In this document: one piece after another, positions 15,358 through 26,300 of the stretch
How the letters are laid out: each line of letters starts with the position of its first letter
How positions within the stretch are numbered: position 1 is the first letter of the stretch
From: an uncultured Candidatus Poseidoniales archaeon
GTDB lineage: Archaea > Thermoplasmatota > Poseidoniia > Poseidoniales > Poseidoniaceae
Length of the DNA stretch: 64,000 nt
Assembly (NCBI GenBank): GCA_905182715.1
Contig: CAJJCP010000020.1
Span: 319 to 64,318 of the forward strand
Direction of reading: 5' to 3'
Made by a program: the position numbers and the translations under genes
The notes under the pieces: model-generated
Told to the model about the DNA's origin: nothing
Databases searched by the model: none
The model's input: the letters and a program-made list of their open reading frames with translations, nothing else

Positions 15358-18300
15358 GTGGAAATAGATTGGGATGATGCGCGCAAATTAGCGCACGAAG
15401 GAATCCAAAAAAACCACTTGAGTCATAGTTTAATTCAGCGAATACCGATGGATTCCAAGGTCGTGGAACAATTAGATGGAATCTGGATTAGGAAAAGAAA
15501 AAAGCAGCGGAGTAATCGCGACTCGAATGATAAAGAAATTTTCCCATTTGCTGAAACTATAGCTAAGATTCTCAACCATACATCTGACGGAACCTCTAGG
15601 AATTTCATATTAACTGGGGCCCCATCTGCAGGAAAAACAACTGAACTCAATGTGATAGCAGGAGAATTGATTAAACAGTGGAGTGAAGATTCTCGAAAAA
15701 TAATTCACTTTTGTTCAATTCAGAATACTTCAATATCACACGCTAAAATAAATTCGAAACAAGAATTGTGGAACCTCATAATGGAAAGTCATTCATCGAA
15801 GTATTGGGCTCGGAATGATCTAACCATTTCTGAATTCCTTAAGTGGCATAGCATTAACGATTTACAGCCAGTTCTGTTTGTCGATACGATAGATTTACTC
15901 ACCTATGGTTCGAACCAGTTCGGTTCTGATGGAGAGGGGGGTATTGCACAGTATTGGAATTCGATAATGGATGAACTCGATGCTGAAGAATTTGTGAAAC
16001 CGACAATTATCTGGAGTTCACGCACTGTCGAATGGGGTATATTACAGAAACAAATTAGGAATCCAAATTCAGTAAAGGAAATAAAACTACAACCCATAAG
16101 TCCCGATGAACTACGGAGTAAAGGGCTTGTAGAAAGGGTTGCAGAAGAAAAGAAAGCCGAACAAAATCTCTATTTTTTGAGGCACATACAGCAGTCATTT
16201 CCTATTTTAGCAGGGTATGCGATTCAAAAACTTCTTCATGAAAATACAATTGAAGAACTAAATAAGATGCTTAACAAAGTTATAGCTGAAGAAGATATTC
16301 ACCCGGCTAAGAAACAAAGTCCAATCCCATGGATTATGGCTGCAGTTAATCGAGAATTTGCAACCGATGTTCTCTATCGGTGTCTCGTCTCGTCTCTCTG
16401 CGAAAAAGTTGAACGTAGATTTGACAAAAAAAGGTATAGCCAAGAATATATTAAGTCCATTTGGGAAGGTTTTGTAGAGATCGAATTTTATGAAGCAGCC
16501 CTTCCGCGGTTCAATGTCGGTAGGCGAATTCAAGTTCAATTCGACTTAACCGATTTCGAAGAGCCACATGTGAAAGATATCGTAAATGAATTGCTATTTT
16601 TAGCAATTCGAACTGGAATCTTAAAGAAAAGTGCGAACGATGTTTATGAGATGGGGCACCAATTATTTGCAGAATACTGCGTATATAAAATTGGGACGAA
16701 TAATGATAATATAAATGATGCAGATACACAAAATACATTACGTGGTTTTCCTTCAATATGGCTGAGGCTCTTTGACCAACAAGATTCACAAGTGCTGGAA
16801 GATGATGAAGACTTGAAAGAAAGACTTTTGGAAGCCAAAAATTGGCTTTATCCTTTTGCAGTATTCAATAGAGCTTTACCAATGTTCCAGGACGAAACCA
16901 ATCTCCCCGATGAATGGATGAACCTCATTGAAATGGCAACTTACTATTCACAAACACGTAAACACGATGAAATACCGGATTATGATGTTGATTCGTTTCA
17001 TTGGTTAAATGAAGAAAAAACTAATCTATTAAATGACAATAGATTTTCAGAAAAACCACTTCTCATCAATGGACCACCCGGTGTTGGGAAATCACATATT
17101 TCTTTTATTTGGGCTGACCAAAGGGCTTTCAAAAATGCAGGAGCAAAATGGATTCCGGTTCAAGATGGAGAGGGAGGGAAAAATGATTTTATTCGAAAGG
17201 ACGTGAGAGATAAAAATCCTGTAAAAGCCATGTTCATGACATTGAATCGAAATTTAATCGAGCAACAAAATAAAAGAATAAAGCAATATTATCAAGGAAG
17301 CATCAATCCATTGAATTGGCAAACTGTCGATATTGAAACATATCTTCAAGATATGTGCAAAATTATAGGTATTAAATGGAAAAAACTCGAGTATTCAAAG
17401 TTTGAAGAAGCATTTCATGAAAACCGAATTAAACAGCGGAATAATAGCTTACTGAATGAGGTCCGGAAAAAATCTATTCCTGCGCTATGGCTTGAATATC
17501 AAGTGAATTTCATAGATCCTGATGGAGTCAAAAAAGAGACGGACTCATACAGAGGGGGGCGTTCTGATTTGTTTACTACAAATGAAAAAGATCATATGGA
17601 AGCGTTTGCTAAATACTGTCAAAGTGAATTCACCAAATATCTATCTATTCCTGAAATCGCAGGAGTTATTTCCAATCGAATTCTAGAAATTGAAAACTCC
17701 GATTCTCGAAGGGATAAGGAAAGAATTCTAACAATGAAATCTGATATTCTTGTTCTTGATGAAGTGCAAGATCTCACGTCCCCTATGCTCTCATTGCTAC
17801 TTCTAATGCACAAAGGTGAATTAGGAAGTATTTTCATGTGCGGCGATGATGAGCAAACACTTCTGTTTTCTCCATTTGACTGGAAAAATACCTTCCAAAA
17901 AATCAACGCTTTCTTCCATAAAAAGTCTCAAATATACCCGTCATCATGGCAACTTAAGAGGTTACTAGCGCCTAAGTGGAAATCTGCTGCATCAGATGAT
18001 TTAAACAATTTACTCGTTGTAGAAAGAAATGTTGAACCGATTGTAGATTTTATTGCAGATTCATGGAACACAAGTATTTCACAATTGGTTCGGCCTGATT
18101 CTGAACCTACGACAGGAGCAGGTGCCGTTAAAGCTGGCAAAAAAGCAAAAAACAAAGGGGAAGTTCTTGATAAGACTGGACAGATGTATGGAGTTTATCA
18201 ACGGAAAATTGATCCCACAAGTTTGATACAACTCTGTAAAGATATTTCGGGTTCTACACAAGATGCGGCAGTGGTGTTTCCAGATGAAATTCTTCGTGAT

Positions 18301-19131
18301 TACTTTTATGTAGAACTGGCAAAAGAAGGGATTGATCTCCCGCTTTACACTACTTCCGATGTCAAAGGATTAGAGTATCCGATGGTATTACCAATTTCTC
18401 CATGGTCAATGAATCTCGAAAAAATAAACAGCCATCTGCCTTCATCAATGAATACACTGAGTGAAATAGAAGACTATATGCAAAAATCAGACTCAAACAT
18501 TAACCGCAAAGAAATTATCAAACACATTGCAAAACAACGAAAACGCTTTGCAAACATCATTATTTCTCGTGCAGAGAATTTGTTAGTAGTTCTAAATCTA
18601 GACGATGAATCACTCTCTAAAGAACATAAAATTTTGGATTTCAAAACTCCTGAATCATTCCCTCAGAAGGAAAAGATGGAAATTAATTTTTCCGCTTGGA
18701 CCGATGACCTTGACACAAGAATGGACTCTCAAAAACAAGAATCAGGTCCAAAAACTATCAAATTAAAGTCAGCAGATTCGCTTATTTACCGGCTCTGTAC
18801 AATGATTGACTCTGCAAATCAACAAGGCAATATGAAGCAGATCTCGATGCAAGCAAGACACATTGTAAACGCTCTCACACAGCAGTTGGGGGCAGAGGAA
18901 AAATTCAACCAGTCTGAAATAAAAAATTACACTCTTCCATTTGTTTTAATTGGAAGGTTGGCAAGCAGAAATCTAACAAAAAGCCAGGTAAAGTATCTGC
19001 TCACCATGATTCACGAACATTGGGGTGAAGGAAACTCAATTCAAACTTGGATTAAAGATAAACAAAAAGAAGTTCATATATCAAAGAATGAATATTTAAA
19101 GATTCCATTTGGTGTCTATGATACATTATAG
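15358..19131 (+). CDS. Large two-P-loop protein: N-terminal STAND/AAA-like NTPase plus C-terminal UvrD/Rep-like SF1 helicase
   Basis: P-loop 1 LTGAPSAGKTT with VLFVDTIDLL. P-loop 2 INGPPGVGKSH with ILVLDEVQDL, MCGDDEQT, DVKGLEYPMV and ISRAENLLVV (SF1 motifs I, II, III, V, VI). Probable GTG start at 15358, 2 nt after the upstream stop. Confidence 0.7.
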   Translation: MEIDWDDARKLAHEGIQKNHLSHSLIQRIPMDSKVVEQLDGIWIRKRKKQRSNRDSNDKEIFPFAETIAKILNHTSDGTSRNFILTGAPSAGKTTELNVIAGELIKQWSEDSRKIIHFCSIQNTSISHAKINSKQELWNLIMESHSSKYWARNDLTISEFLKWHSINDLQPVLFVDTIDLLTYGSNQFGSDGEGGIAQYWNSIMDELDAEEFVKPTIIWSSRTVEWGILQKQIRNPNSVKEIKLQPISPDELRSKGLVERVAEEKKAEQNLYFLRHIQQSFPILAGYAIQKLLHENTIEELNKMLNKVIAEEDIHPAKKQSPIPWIMAAVNREFATDVLYRCLVSSLCEKVERRFDKKRYSQEYIKSIWEGFVEIEFYEAALPRFNVGRRIQVQFDLTDFEEPHVKDIVNELLFLAIRTGILKKSANDVYEMGHQLFAEYCVYKIGTNNDNINDADTQNTLRGFPSIWLRLFDQQDSQVLEDDEDLKERLLEAKNWLYPFAVFNRALPMFQDETNLPDEWMNLIEMATYYSQTRKHDEIPDYDVDSFHWLNEEKTNLLNDNRFSEKPLLINGPPGVGKSHISFIWADQRAFKNAGAKWIPVQDGEGGKNDFIRKDVRDKNPVKAMFMTLNRNLIEQQNKRIKQYYQGSINPLNWQTVDIETYLQDMCKIIGIKWKKLEYSKFEEAFHENRIKQRNNSLLNEVRKKSIPALWLEYQVNFIDPDGVKKETDSYRGGRSDLFTTNEKDHMEAFAKYCQSEFTKYLSIPEIAGVISNRILEIENSDSRRDKERILTMKSDILVLDEVQDLTSPMLSLLLLMHKGELGSIFMCGDDEQTLLFSPFDWKNTFQKINAFFHKKSQIYPSSWQLKRLLAPKWKSAASDDLNNLLVVERNVEPIVDFIADSWNTSISQLVRPDSEPTTGAGAVKAGKKAKNKGEVLDKTGQMYGVYQRKIDPTSLIQLCKDISGSTQDAAVVFPDEILRDYFYVELAKEGIDLPLYTTSDVKGLEYPMVLPISPWSMNLEKINSHLPSSMNTLSEIEDYMQKSDSNINRKEIIKHIAKQRKRFANIIISRAENLLVVLNLDDESLSKEHKILDFKTPESFPQKEKMEINFSAWTDDLDTRMDSQKQESGPKTIKLKSADSLIYRLCTMIDSANQQGNMKQISMQARHIVNALTQQLGAEEKFNQSEIKNYTLPFVLIGRLASRNLTKSQVKYLLTMIHEHWGEGNSIQTWIKDKQKEVHISKNEYLKIPFGVYDTL

Positions 19132-19143
19132 CAGCATTCACCA

Positions 19144-20493
19144 GTGGACATATGGTTCATTAATAGTGAATACTATTTCTTAGAAAATCTAGAAGATATT
19201 TCACCGGCTCAGAGAACAATTCAATGGTTTCTTCAAGACATATTCTTAGAGAACTTATCTGATAAAGAAGATGGTGTGAAGGAATGGATTTTAACATTCG
19301 AAAAACTTAATTTACAGGATTTTACGGTTAGTTTACTACTATCGGATGATGATGCAGAATTAAGAGTGATGAACCCGGATTTCTCGTCATTTGACCTCTT
19401 AATTGATAAAGAAAGAAAGAAGGAAAAGCAGTCGGCAAAGGAGTTCTCAGTAAATTCCGAAGGGCGTTCTCGTTTCTGGAAAAAAGGAATTGAACTTCTT
19501 GAAGAGCCGATTATGGATTATGATTCGAAGGAGAAAACAGGGTTTAATCATAAAGAGAGAAGAGAATTTTTGAAGCAGATGATTAGAGAATCCAAGGCAT
19601 TGCCAAATTCTAACAAATCCTTCCTCAAATTCTTTCATAAGCTCAGCATGAATGTTCTCGAATTCACCATTGACTCTTTGCAAGATAAGAAAGCCGAGTC
19701 TGGTGAAGAGGATGCTGTCAAGGAGTTGAATGGCGACATAAAAACTATACTCCAGGGATACTTGAAGTTTGATGGGTTGGGAGACAATAAACCACTCGCC
19801 TTGAAGCGGAAGTCGTATGAGGTAATAGCGAAAGTGTTGTTGTCGAATCCTTCTCTGTTTCACGATGTAGTTTCAAGGAATCCTCTCGATCTCTTTCATA
19901 AAATAGATCACGCCAAAACCTTTGAAGCGCCCTTTATTCTTCAAAGTCAACTCACTATGTACAAGTTGGTCAATATTCTGGAATTTGAGCATTCTCAAAA
20001 AAGATTAATCGTTGGGAATAAGTTGGACAGTGACAATTTCCTGGCAAAATACGTTCTCGACCTCATCTCCAAACTCGTATCAAAAGAGGTATCTGAAAAG
20101 GGTGAATTTACGGTTGAAACATACTTTTCGAATCAAATATTTAAAAACGATTTGACCACAGGTACGACTTCAAAGAACCTGTTTGATGCGAGAGGTTTTC
20201 CGAGGAGTTTCGCAGATGTATTTTCCAACTTAACATCACAGGAGAGTAACTCTAAATCACCGGGAGTGCGAAAATATGCCCCTCTCAAAGAAATAATTAT
20301 CGATTCAATGGGCCTCTCCCAAATACAGAAAATAGTTTTCACATTTTACCGAAATATATATGAGAACTTTCACAATAAGGAGATAGAGTATCACTATACA
20401 CCGAATGCAGCGAAAAAAGGCCATGATTGCAAATTTCGAGATTCTAAAAAAGGAACTTGCAGATTTAAAATTGGGAAAACTAAAATCAAATGA
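19144..20493 (+). CDS. Hypothetical protein
   Basis: 449-aa ORF. The last ~27 aa (KKGHDCKFRDSKKGTCRFKIGKTKIK) look non-native and follow an A6 run at 20413-20418. Confidence 0.5.
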   Translation: MDIWFINSEYYFLENLEDISPAQRTIQWFLQDIFLENLSDKEDGVKEWILTFEKLNLQDFTVSLLLSDDDAELRVMNPDFSSFDLLIDKERKKEKQSAKEFSVNSEGRSRFWKKGIELLEEPIMDYDSKEKTGFNHKERREFLKQMIRESKALPNSNKSFLKFFHKLSMNVLEFTIDSLQDKKAESGEEDAVKELNGDIKTILQGYLKFDGLGDNKPLALKRKSYEVIAKVLLSNPSLFHDVVSRNPLDLFHKIDHAKTFEAPFILQSQLTMYKLVNILEFEHSQKRLIVGNKLDSDNFLAKYVLDLISKLVSKEVSEKGEFTVETYFSNQIFKNDLTTGTTSKNLFDARGFPRSFADVFSNLTSQESNSKSPGVRKYAPLKEIIIDSMGLSQIQKIVFTFYRNIYENFHNKEIEYHYTPNAAKKGHDCKFRDSKKGTCRFKIGKTKIK

Positions 20494-20512
20494 AAATATA
20501 TTCACAAAAGAG

Positions 20513-21475
20513 ATGGTGTTCAAAATACTCAATATTCCAAAATTCAAATCTAATGTTGGCGATATAATGTTTCAAAGAACAATAGAAGAAGATCCAGCAT
20601 TCACTTGGCTTGAAGCATTTGGAGGAGACTTAGGAATCAGCAGGTTACTCGGTTCGTTTAAAGACGATTATAGCAAATATGATTTCAAAGAAGAGGTATT
20701 AAGCGAAATGCAGAACATAAAACTGGATTGTTATCACTTTGATAGAATACATGCATTAAAGGGACTCAATACTGAAGTAGTCAAGAAATTAAGAAAAGAT
20801 CATATCCTCGGAAACATTTCTAATAGTGATTGGCGAAAAATGACTGTTAAAGAAAGTGTAAACGTTAACAAAGGTTGGCGTATTAACAGTATGGATATAT
20901 CTTGCTTTAAGTATGGAGAGTTCAATTTACAAAGTTTAGTGATGTTATATTCGTCGTTAAACGAAATCAGAGGGAATTGGTTGGAAGGTATTACTAAACT
21001 ACAGCAAAACCCAAGAAAAATCTTGACTAAATCTGAACATTTGAGTTCACACATACCCGGGAATTTTGGTGAAACGCAGAGCGATTGGCACTCGCCTGAA
21101 CTCAAACGCTTGGCGGATAAGTTCGATGATGAAAATAAGAAAGAACAACTGATTGAATCACTAAAGCTTGTTGTAAATAAAATGACTGAACCACGTTATT
21201 TCCTCTCGATGATTTTACAAAATTTCACCACCTTAACGAGGAATACCAAAACAGCCACAGGATGGTCAACCCTCAGCAACCATTTCTTTTCAGAGGCCAG
21301 CGCGAATCCCAAATGGTTCTCTTCGTTACCATCGGACATCAAAAAAGGAGTTCATTACTACACTTTCCAAAAATGTGTACTTGAACAATGCTCGAAGAAA
21401 TATATTGGAAAAGAAAGGGATTTTTTACAGGTAGAACTGATAAAATCGATGAATCAGGTAAGAAATGGTCAGTGA
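20513..21475 (+). CDS. Hypothetical protein, possibly fused to the 19144 gene
   Basis: ATG at 20513. The ORF-track frame is open from 20405 and reads plausibly (AMIANFEILKKELADLKLGKL) immediately after the A6 run. Confidence 0.45.
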   Translation: MVFKILNIPKFKSNVGDIMFQRTIEEDPAFTWLEAFGGDLGISRLLGSFKDDYSKYDFKEEVLSEMQNIKLDCYHFDRIHALKGLNTEVVKKLRKDHILGNISNSDWRKMTVKESVNVNKGWRINSMDISCFKYGEFNLQSLVMLYSSLNEIRGNWLEGITKLQQNPRKILTKSEHLSSHIPGNFGETQSDWHSPELKRLADKFDDENKKEQLIESLKLVVNKMTEPRYFLSMILQNFTTLTRNTKTATGWSTLSNHFFSEASANPKWFSSLPSDIKKGVHYYTFQKCVLEQCSKKYIGKERDFLQVELIKSMNQVRNGQ

Positions 21476-21740
21476 TGGAGACCATCTTCTGGTGTTTGGT
21501 GGAAACGGTGTTTCGATTATAGAAGCTCGAACAAATTCACATCAAAACCTCAAGATGATTTCAATGCCACTTCTTACTGGTGGAACCATTTCTCCAGATT
21601 ATATATGGCTCACTACAGATGGCGAAGGAGTGTATGGATACGAAAATAATCCTCAATATACTGAAATTGAACGCGTATCCATTCGATATGCAGACTCAAC
21701 CGCTGTGCATGAACCATCCAGTTCGGAGTCCTCTTGCTAA
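21465..21740 (+). CDS. Hypothetical small protein or fragment
   Basis: 91 aa. Start overlaps the upstream stop. DGDHLLVFGGNG and IWLTTDGEGVYGY resemble beta-propeller blade motifs. It overlaps the start of the aminotransferase. Confidence 0.25.
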   Translation: MVSDGDHLLVFGGNGVSIIEARTNSHQNLKMISMPLLTGGTISPDYIWLTTDGEGVYGYENNPQYTEIERVSIRYADSTAVHEPSSSESSC

Positions 21741-22906
21741 ACACTGGGGCCTTGATTCACAATGTGTCTTTCTCAACCACGGCTCATTCGGTGCTACACC
21801 ATTTGCAATACGAGAAGAACAACGCAAGTGGCAAGATCTGCTTGAAGAAGAACCTGTACGGTTTTACGAAGATTTGGCCATGGGACTTCATGGAGAACTC
21901 TCGCAAAGCACTCGCCGAAATGCTGCATTGCGATGCCGAAGACTTGGCAATAATTGAAAATGCAACAACCGGCGTGAACACAATTTTACGTTCCCTCGTC
22001 TTCAATGAAGGTGATGAAATTCTGGTCCCTGACCATGCCTATCAGGCTTGTCGAAACACGGTTGACTTCGTTGCGAACGCTGGGGTGCGAAAGTCGTCAC
22101 AGTCGAGATTCCATTCCCAATAGAAGGGCCTCAAGTGGCGCTTGAAGCCATCATGGCCGGTGTCAGTGACCGTACCGTTTTGGCCATGATCGATACCGTC
22201 ACAAGTCCAACAGGTCTTGTGATGCCGTTTGAAGAATTGGTGCACCAACTCGAATCAAAGGGGGTCGCCGTGATGCTCGATGCTGCACATGGCATCGGGA
22301 TGGTCCCGCTCTCTCTCGATGAATTAGGCGCATCGTACACAACCAGTAATTGCCACAAATGGCTGTGTGCTCCAAAGGGTTCTGCATTCCTCCATGTTCG
22401 CAAAGATCTGCAACACCTCATCCATCCACTTACCATCAGTCACGGTATGTCGTTTCCGTTAGGCGATACTACGCGCTTCCGGCACGAATTTGATTGGACC
22501 GGAACCAGAGATATTTCTGCAGCTTGTTCGATTCCAGCAACCATTGAGTACATGGCCAATATGGTTGAGGGAGGCTGGCCAGCCATTATGAAACAGAATC
22601 ACGATTTGGTCATTGAAGGCCGTAGAATCCTCTGTGAGCGACTTGGCATTGAAGTGCCGTGCCCAGAAGATATGATTGCGTGTATTGCCACCTTAGCGCT
22701 CCCTGATGGAGGCAAGTGGCGGCATTCCATTGCATGAGCCTGACCCGTTACACAAGGTCTTGCAAGACAAGTATGGCATCCAAGTTCCTGTCTGGTCGTG
22801 GGAATCACCCAAAGGCCGCTACATCCGCATCTCTGCCCAGTTGTACAACCACGTCGATGAGTATCACTATCTCGCTGATGCGCTTGCTTCCGAATTAAAT
22901 CTCTAA
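21709..22906 (+). pseudogene. PLP-dependent aminotransferase class V (isopenicillin-N-epimerase/cysteine-desulfurase-like) with three frame breaks
   Basis: LNHGSFGATP, ENATTGVN, VTSPTG and SNCHKWLCAPKGSAFL (PLP Lys) are spread over four ORFs in alternating frames. The breaks lie near 21875, 22075 and 22705. Confidence 0.7.
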
Positions 22907-23261
22907 TCAAAAGGTGAGAACTTTTTCACTGTCTTGCACCCATGCTGAACATTCAGCCATGGTCGAGAATTGCGCGCCTTCGTAGTATGGCTGGCCCTTG
23001 AGTACGCCGCAACGGCTCTGACAGGTCCCACAGACCTTGACTGGAACGCCTTTGGCAATCAGTTCCTTGGTCATCGCCACCATGTCCTCAATACCTTCAG
23101 GAGGTTCGATTCCATCACGCGCTAAGTCCACGCTATCGTTCATCAAAAAGATTCGGACTTCTGCTCCGTCACTCATTCAGTTGCCGAGCCAATCGCAATG
23201 CATTCCACGTCACATCCGTTCCGTCGTAGGGCTGTTGATTCAAGATGAGCATAATCGCCAT
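22907..23261 (-). CDS. DsrE/DsrF-like sulfur-relay family protein, interrupted by one frame break
   Basis: N-terminal fragment MAIMLILNQQPYDGTDVTWNALRLARQLN (23169-23261) and C-terminal fragment GAEVRIFLMNDSVDLAR..VKVCGTCQSRCG (22907-23176) together give the family pattern. The frame change is near 23170-23176. Confidence 0.5.
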
Positions 23262-23360
23262 AGAACTTCCAATACAAGCCGGTGTTTGAAGGCAACGATG
23301 ATGTGAAAATGGGAGAAAAGGAAAACATGAGTTGAAAAGGAGGAGTTGGGACCAGCAATC

Positions 23361-26300
23361 ATGAAGGTCACCTTTGCAGATTTTGCTCGGTGGCTCATCC
23401 CTCATCGGAAAAAGGTACACGTTGCCGTTTTTCTTCTTACTATCTTGATGATTCCAGGTGTCTTAACCGCACTCCAACCCATTGACATGGAATCCTATGA
23501 AATGGATTCACCTGAACTTGAAGCACAAGCGATTATCGATGATGAGTTTGCAAATTCCGAAATTATTCTTGGTTTTTTGGTTTCAGCACGTGATCCCGCC
23601 AAAGTTCCAGCACTCGAAGATTGGACACCTGTGGCTCGAATGAGTGACGGTGCACCGGATTATTCATCTCTGCCTAGTGCAACTGAAATGCTTGACGCTG
23701 GAGAGCCTTGGGAAGGAATCTATGCTCCAACTGCAGGCATCATGAATCTCACATTACTCAGAGAGATCGATGCTAAAGTGAATATGGTGCAAGACCATCC
23801 AATGGGTAAAGCAATGATACCACTGGTCAACGACGTGACTGGTAACCAAGCTCCTGGGGCCATTTCGCTTTCTGACCACTTCCGTGGGTTCATGAACGGC
23901 ACTTCCATTCTCACACAACCTGGCCTTACCACGCTAGGTGTGGTCACAGAACCACCGACAAATTGGACCGACTGTGGCGTATTGGACTGTCTTGAATTCG
24001 ATGATGAGAACATCACACAACAACACATCGACATGGCTGCGTCTCGTATGGCTGATGCTTCGAACAATAACTTCCTTCGCTGGCTTTCGATTGACCGCGG
24101 ATTTGTAGCTGACATGAATGCCTTGCAAACCGGACCGGTTGGTGGCTCGTTGAACGGCGATGGGACATGGGAGAATGCCTTCTATGCAAATGGACGCTGG
24201 TCCGCTTCCTCGACCTGGTTACTTGTTCAATTTGACCGAGGCGTTCTCGAAGATATGGGTTGGGAAATGATTTGGAAAGATGCTTTGCAAGAAAGGAGTA
24301 TCGACTTCTCAGAGGATGGTGTCAAAATAGGCGGATATCGAATTGCCGATGGCTCGCTTGTACTCCATCCACCTCAGTACACAGAAGAATACTGTCTTGA
24401 AATGAAGAAAGAAGGGACGGGCTGTTCCACAGAATGGTCCTACATGGATTTGGAAGGGCATCTTCGTTCAAACGATCGAACCACCATCACCTTACTGCTT
24501 GGACAAGGCGTCAATGTTGAAGTCAATCGTGAGTTGCAAGCGAGCTCTGGATTGGTCTTGTTGATGGGAATCGCCATTATCGGACTGCTCTATGTGAGTT
24601 TGCGCAGAGTTTCTGATGTTCTCATCGTCATGTTTGCTCTTGGAACCGCCTTGATATGGATGCAGGGAATGATTGGGCATTTCTCAAGCCTCACCTCTCT
24701 GTTTGGGTTTTCACTCATCTCTCGTTCTCAATTCTCAAATCTTCTTCCGATTCTTGTTCTCGCGCTTGGAATTGATGACTCCCTTCACGCGCTGCATCGT
24801 TACAAAGAGGAACGTATCAACGGTCGTGAACCTCGAATTGCCGCTGAAATCACATTACAACGTGTTGGACGGGCCATCCTTCTCACAACACTGACAACTA
24901 TGGCTGCATTTGCAGCGAATATCTTCAGCGATATTGCAGTACTTCGCTCGTTTGGAATTGAAGCGGGATTAGGTATTCTGGCTGCGTTTATGCTCACCGG
25001 TTTATGGGTTCCATTGATTCGTTTATCAGTTGATGAATGGCTTGTAAAGCGTAATAAGAGCATTGAAGAAAGAAAAAATATAACTCACCTCGTTCCGAAA
25101 GAATGGCTCGAATCGGTTGCCTTGAATTCGGGGACTTTCCGTAAATCAGTGCTCATTGCTGGCGTGGCTTTCTTGCTCACCATCCCCGCTGCATGGGGTA
25201 TGGCTCAATTAGAAGGTGACTTTGCGATCGAAGACTTCTTGGATGAACGTTCTGATTTTGCCATTGGAGTCTCTGAAATATCTCAACGGTTTGCCAATGA
25301 AGGAGAACCTGCAAATCTGTTAATCGAAGGAGATGTGCTCGACCCTGAAGTGTTTGCGGCCATCGATATATTCCGTCAAAACATGGATGAACTCCCCGAA
25401 GGTGTTCCTGATAAAATCACTCGCCAACCCGATGGGACAATCGATATTTTGGCTCTGGATGAAATGGTTCTTGCTGCCCAAGGTTCAATGGTTCTGGACC
25501 CTACTCCATTCGAAGAGGCTGGTTGGATTGTCAATGAAACTGGCCATGGCATGAACTGTTCAACGGCTGGCAATGGTCCTTTAATGGACCTCACCGACCG
25601 AGATTGTCTTGCCTTCTTTTTCGGATTCCTTTCACTCAACGGCGTGCCTGGAATTGGTCCGATTCCAGACATCCCTCCAAGCATTGTTGGGCTTTACATT
25701 TCACCAGAGGTCGAACTGGACCCGAGTCAACCTTGGCTCGATGTCACCGGTGAACCTGCTGAGTACGACCGAATGCTCATTCGATTTGGAATGACCGCCC
25801 CTGAAGATTTCCCCGGGATGGCGAAAGGAATGAAAGAGGTATGGCGAGACCTCACTCCATTTACCAATCTCTCAACCGGTGACCAGTATGATGAAGGTAA
25901 GGAAAGTGACGATAAACCCCTGACTTGGGTGATGCCAACCGGTCGCCCAGTGACCCGCTACGTAGCCTCAACGACAATGCAAGGTGAAATGCAATCTTCA
26001 CTAGGACTCGGATCTCTGTTTGTCTTCATCACACTCTCTCTTGGCTTCCGTTCCTTCAAGCAAGCTACTGTTACCTTGGTCCCTATTCTCTTGGTTGTGG
26101 TTTGGCTGTATGGCCTGATGTATATGGCTGGCTCGTCGCTCAACATTGTTACCGTCACCATTGCAACCATTTCGTTAGGTGTCGGTATCGATTACTGTAT
26201 CCACGTTACTGAGAGGTATAGGGAAGGTCGGGAGTCGGGCGAAACTCACGAGGAAGCTTTGATTGGAATCGGTGGCGCCTGCGGATTGGCTCTCATCGGA

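Larger units (their letters stand above)
12600..21500. other. AT-rich part of the plus-strand accessory block (genomic island)
   Basis: By eye, AT and Lys/Asn/Ile content are clearly higher than in flanking DNA. All genes are co-oriented, tightly packed and lack recognisable housekeeping motifs. No integrase or flanking tRNA was seen. Confidence 0.45.

Noticed and set aside
12600-21500. Prophage or integrative element call for the AT-rich island
   Set aside because: No integrase, transposase, capsid, portal or terminase motifs and no adjacent tRNA or obvious att-like direct repeats were seen. It is described only as a genomic island.
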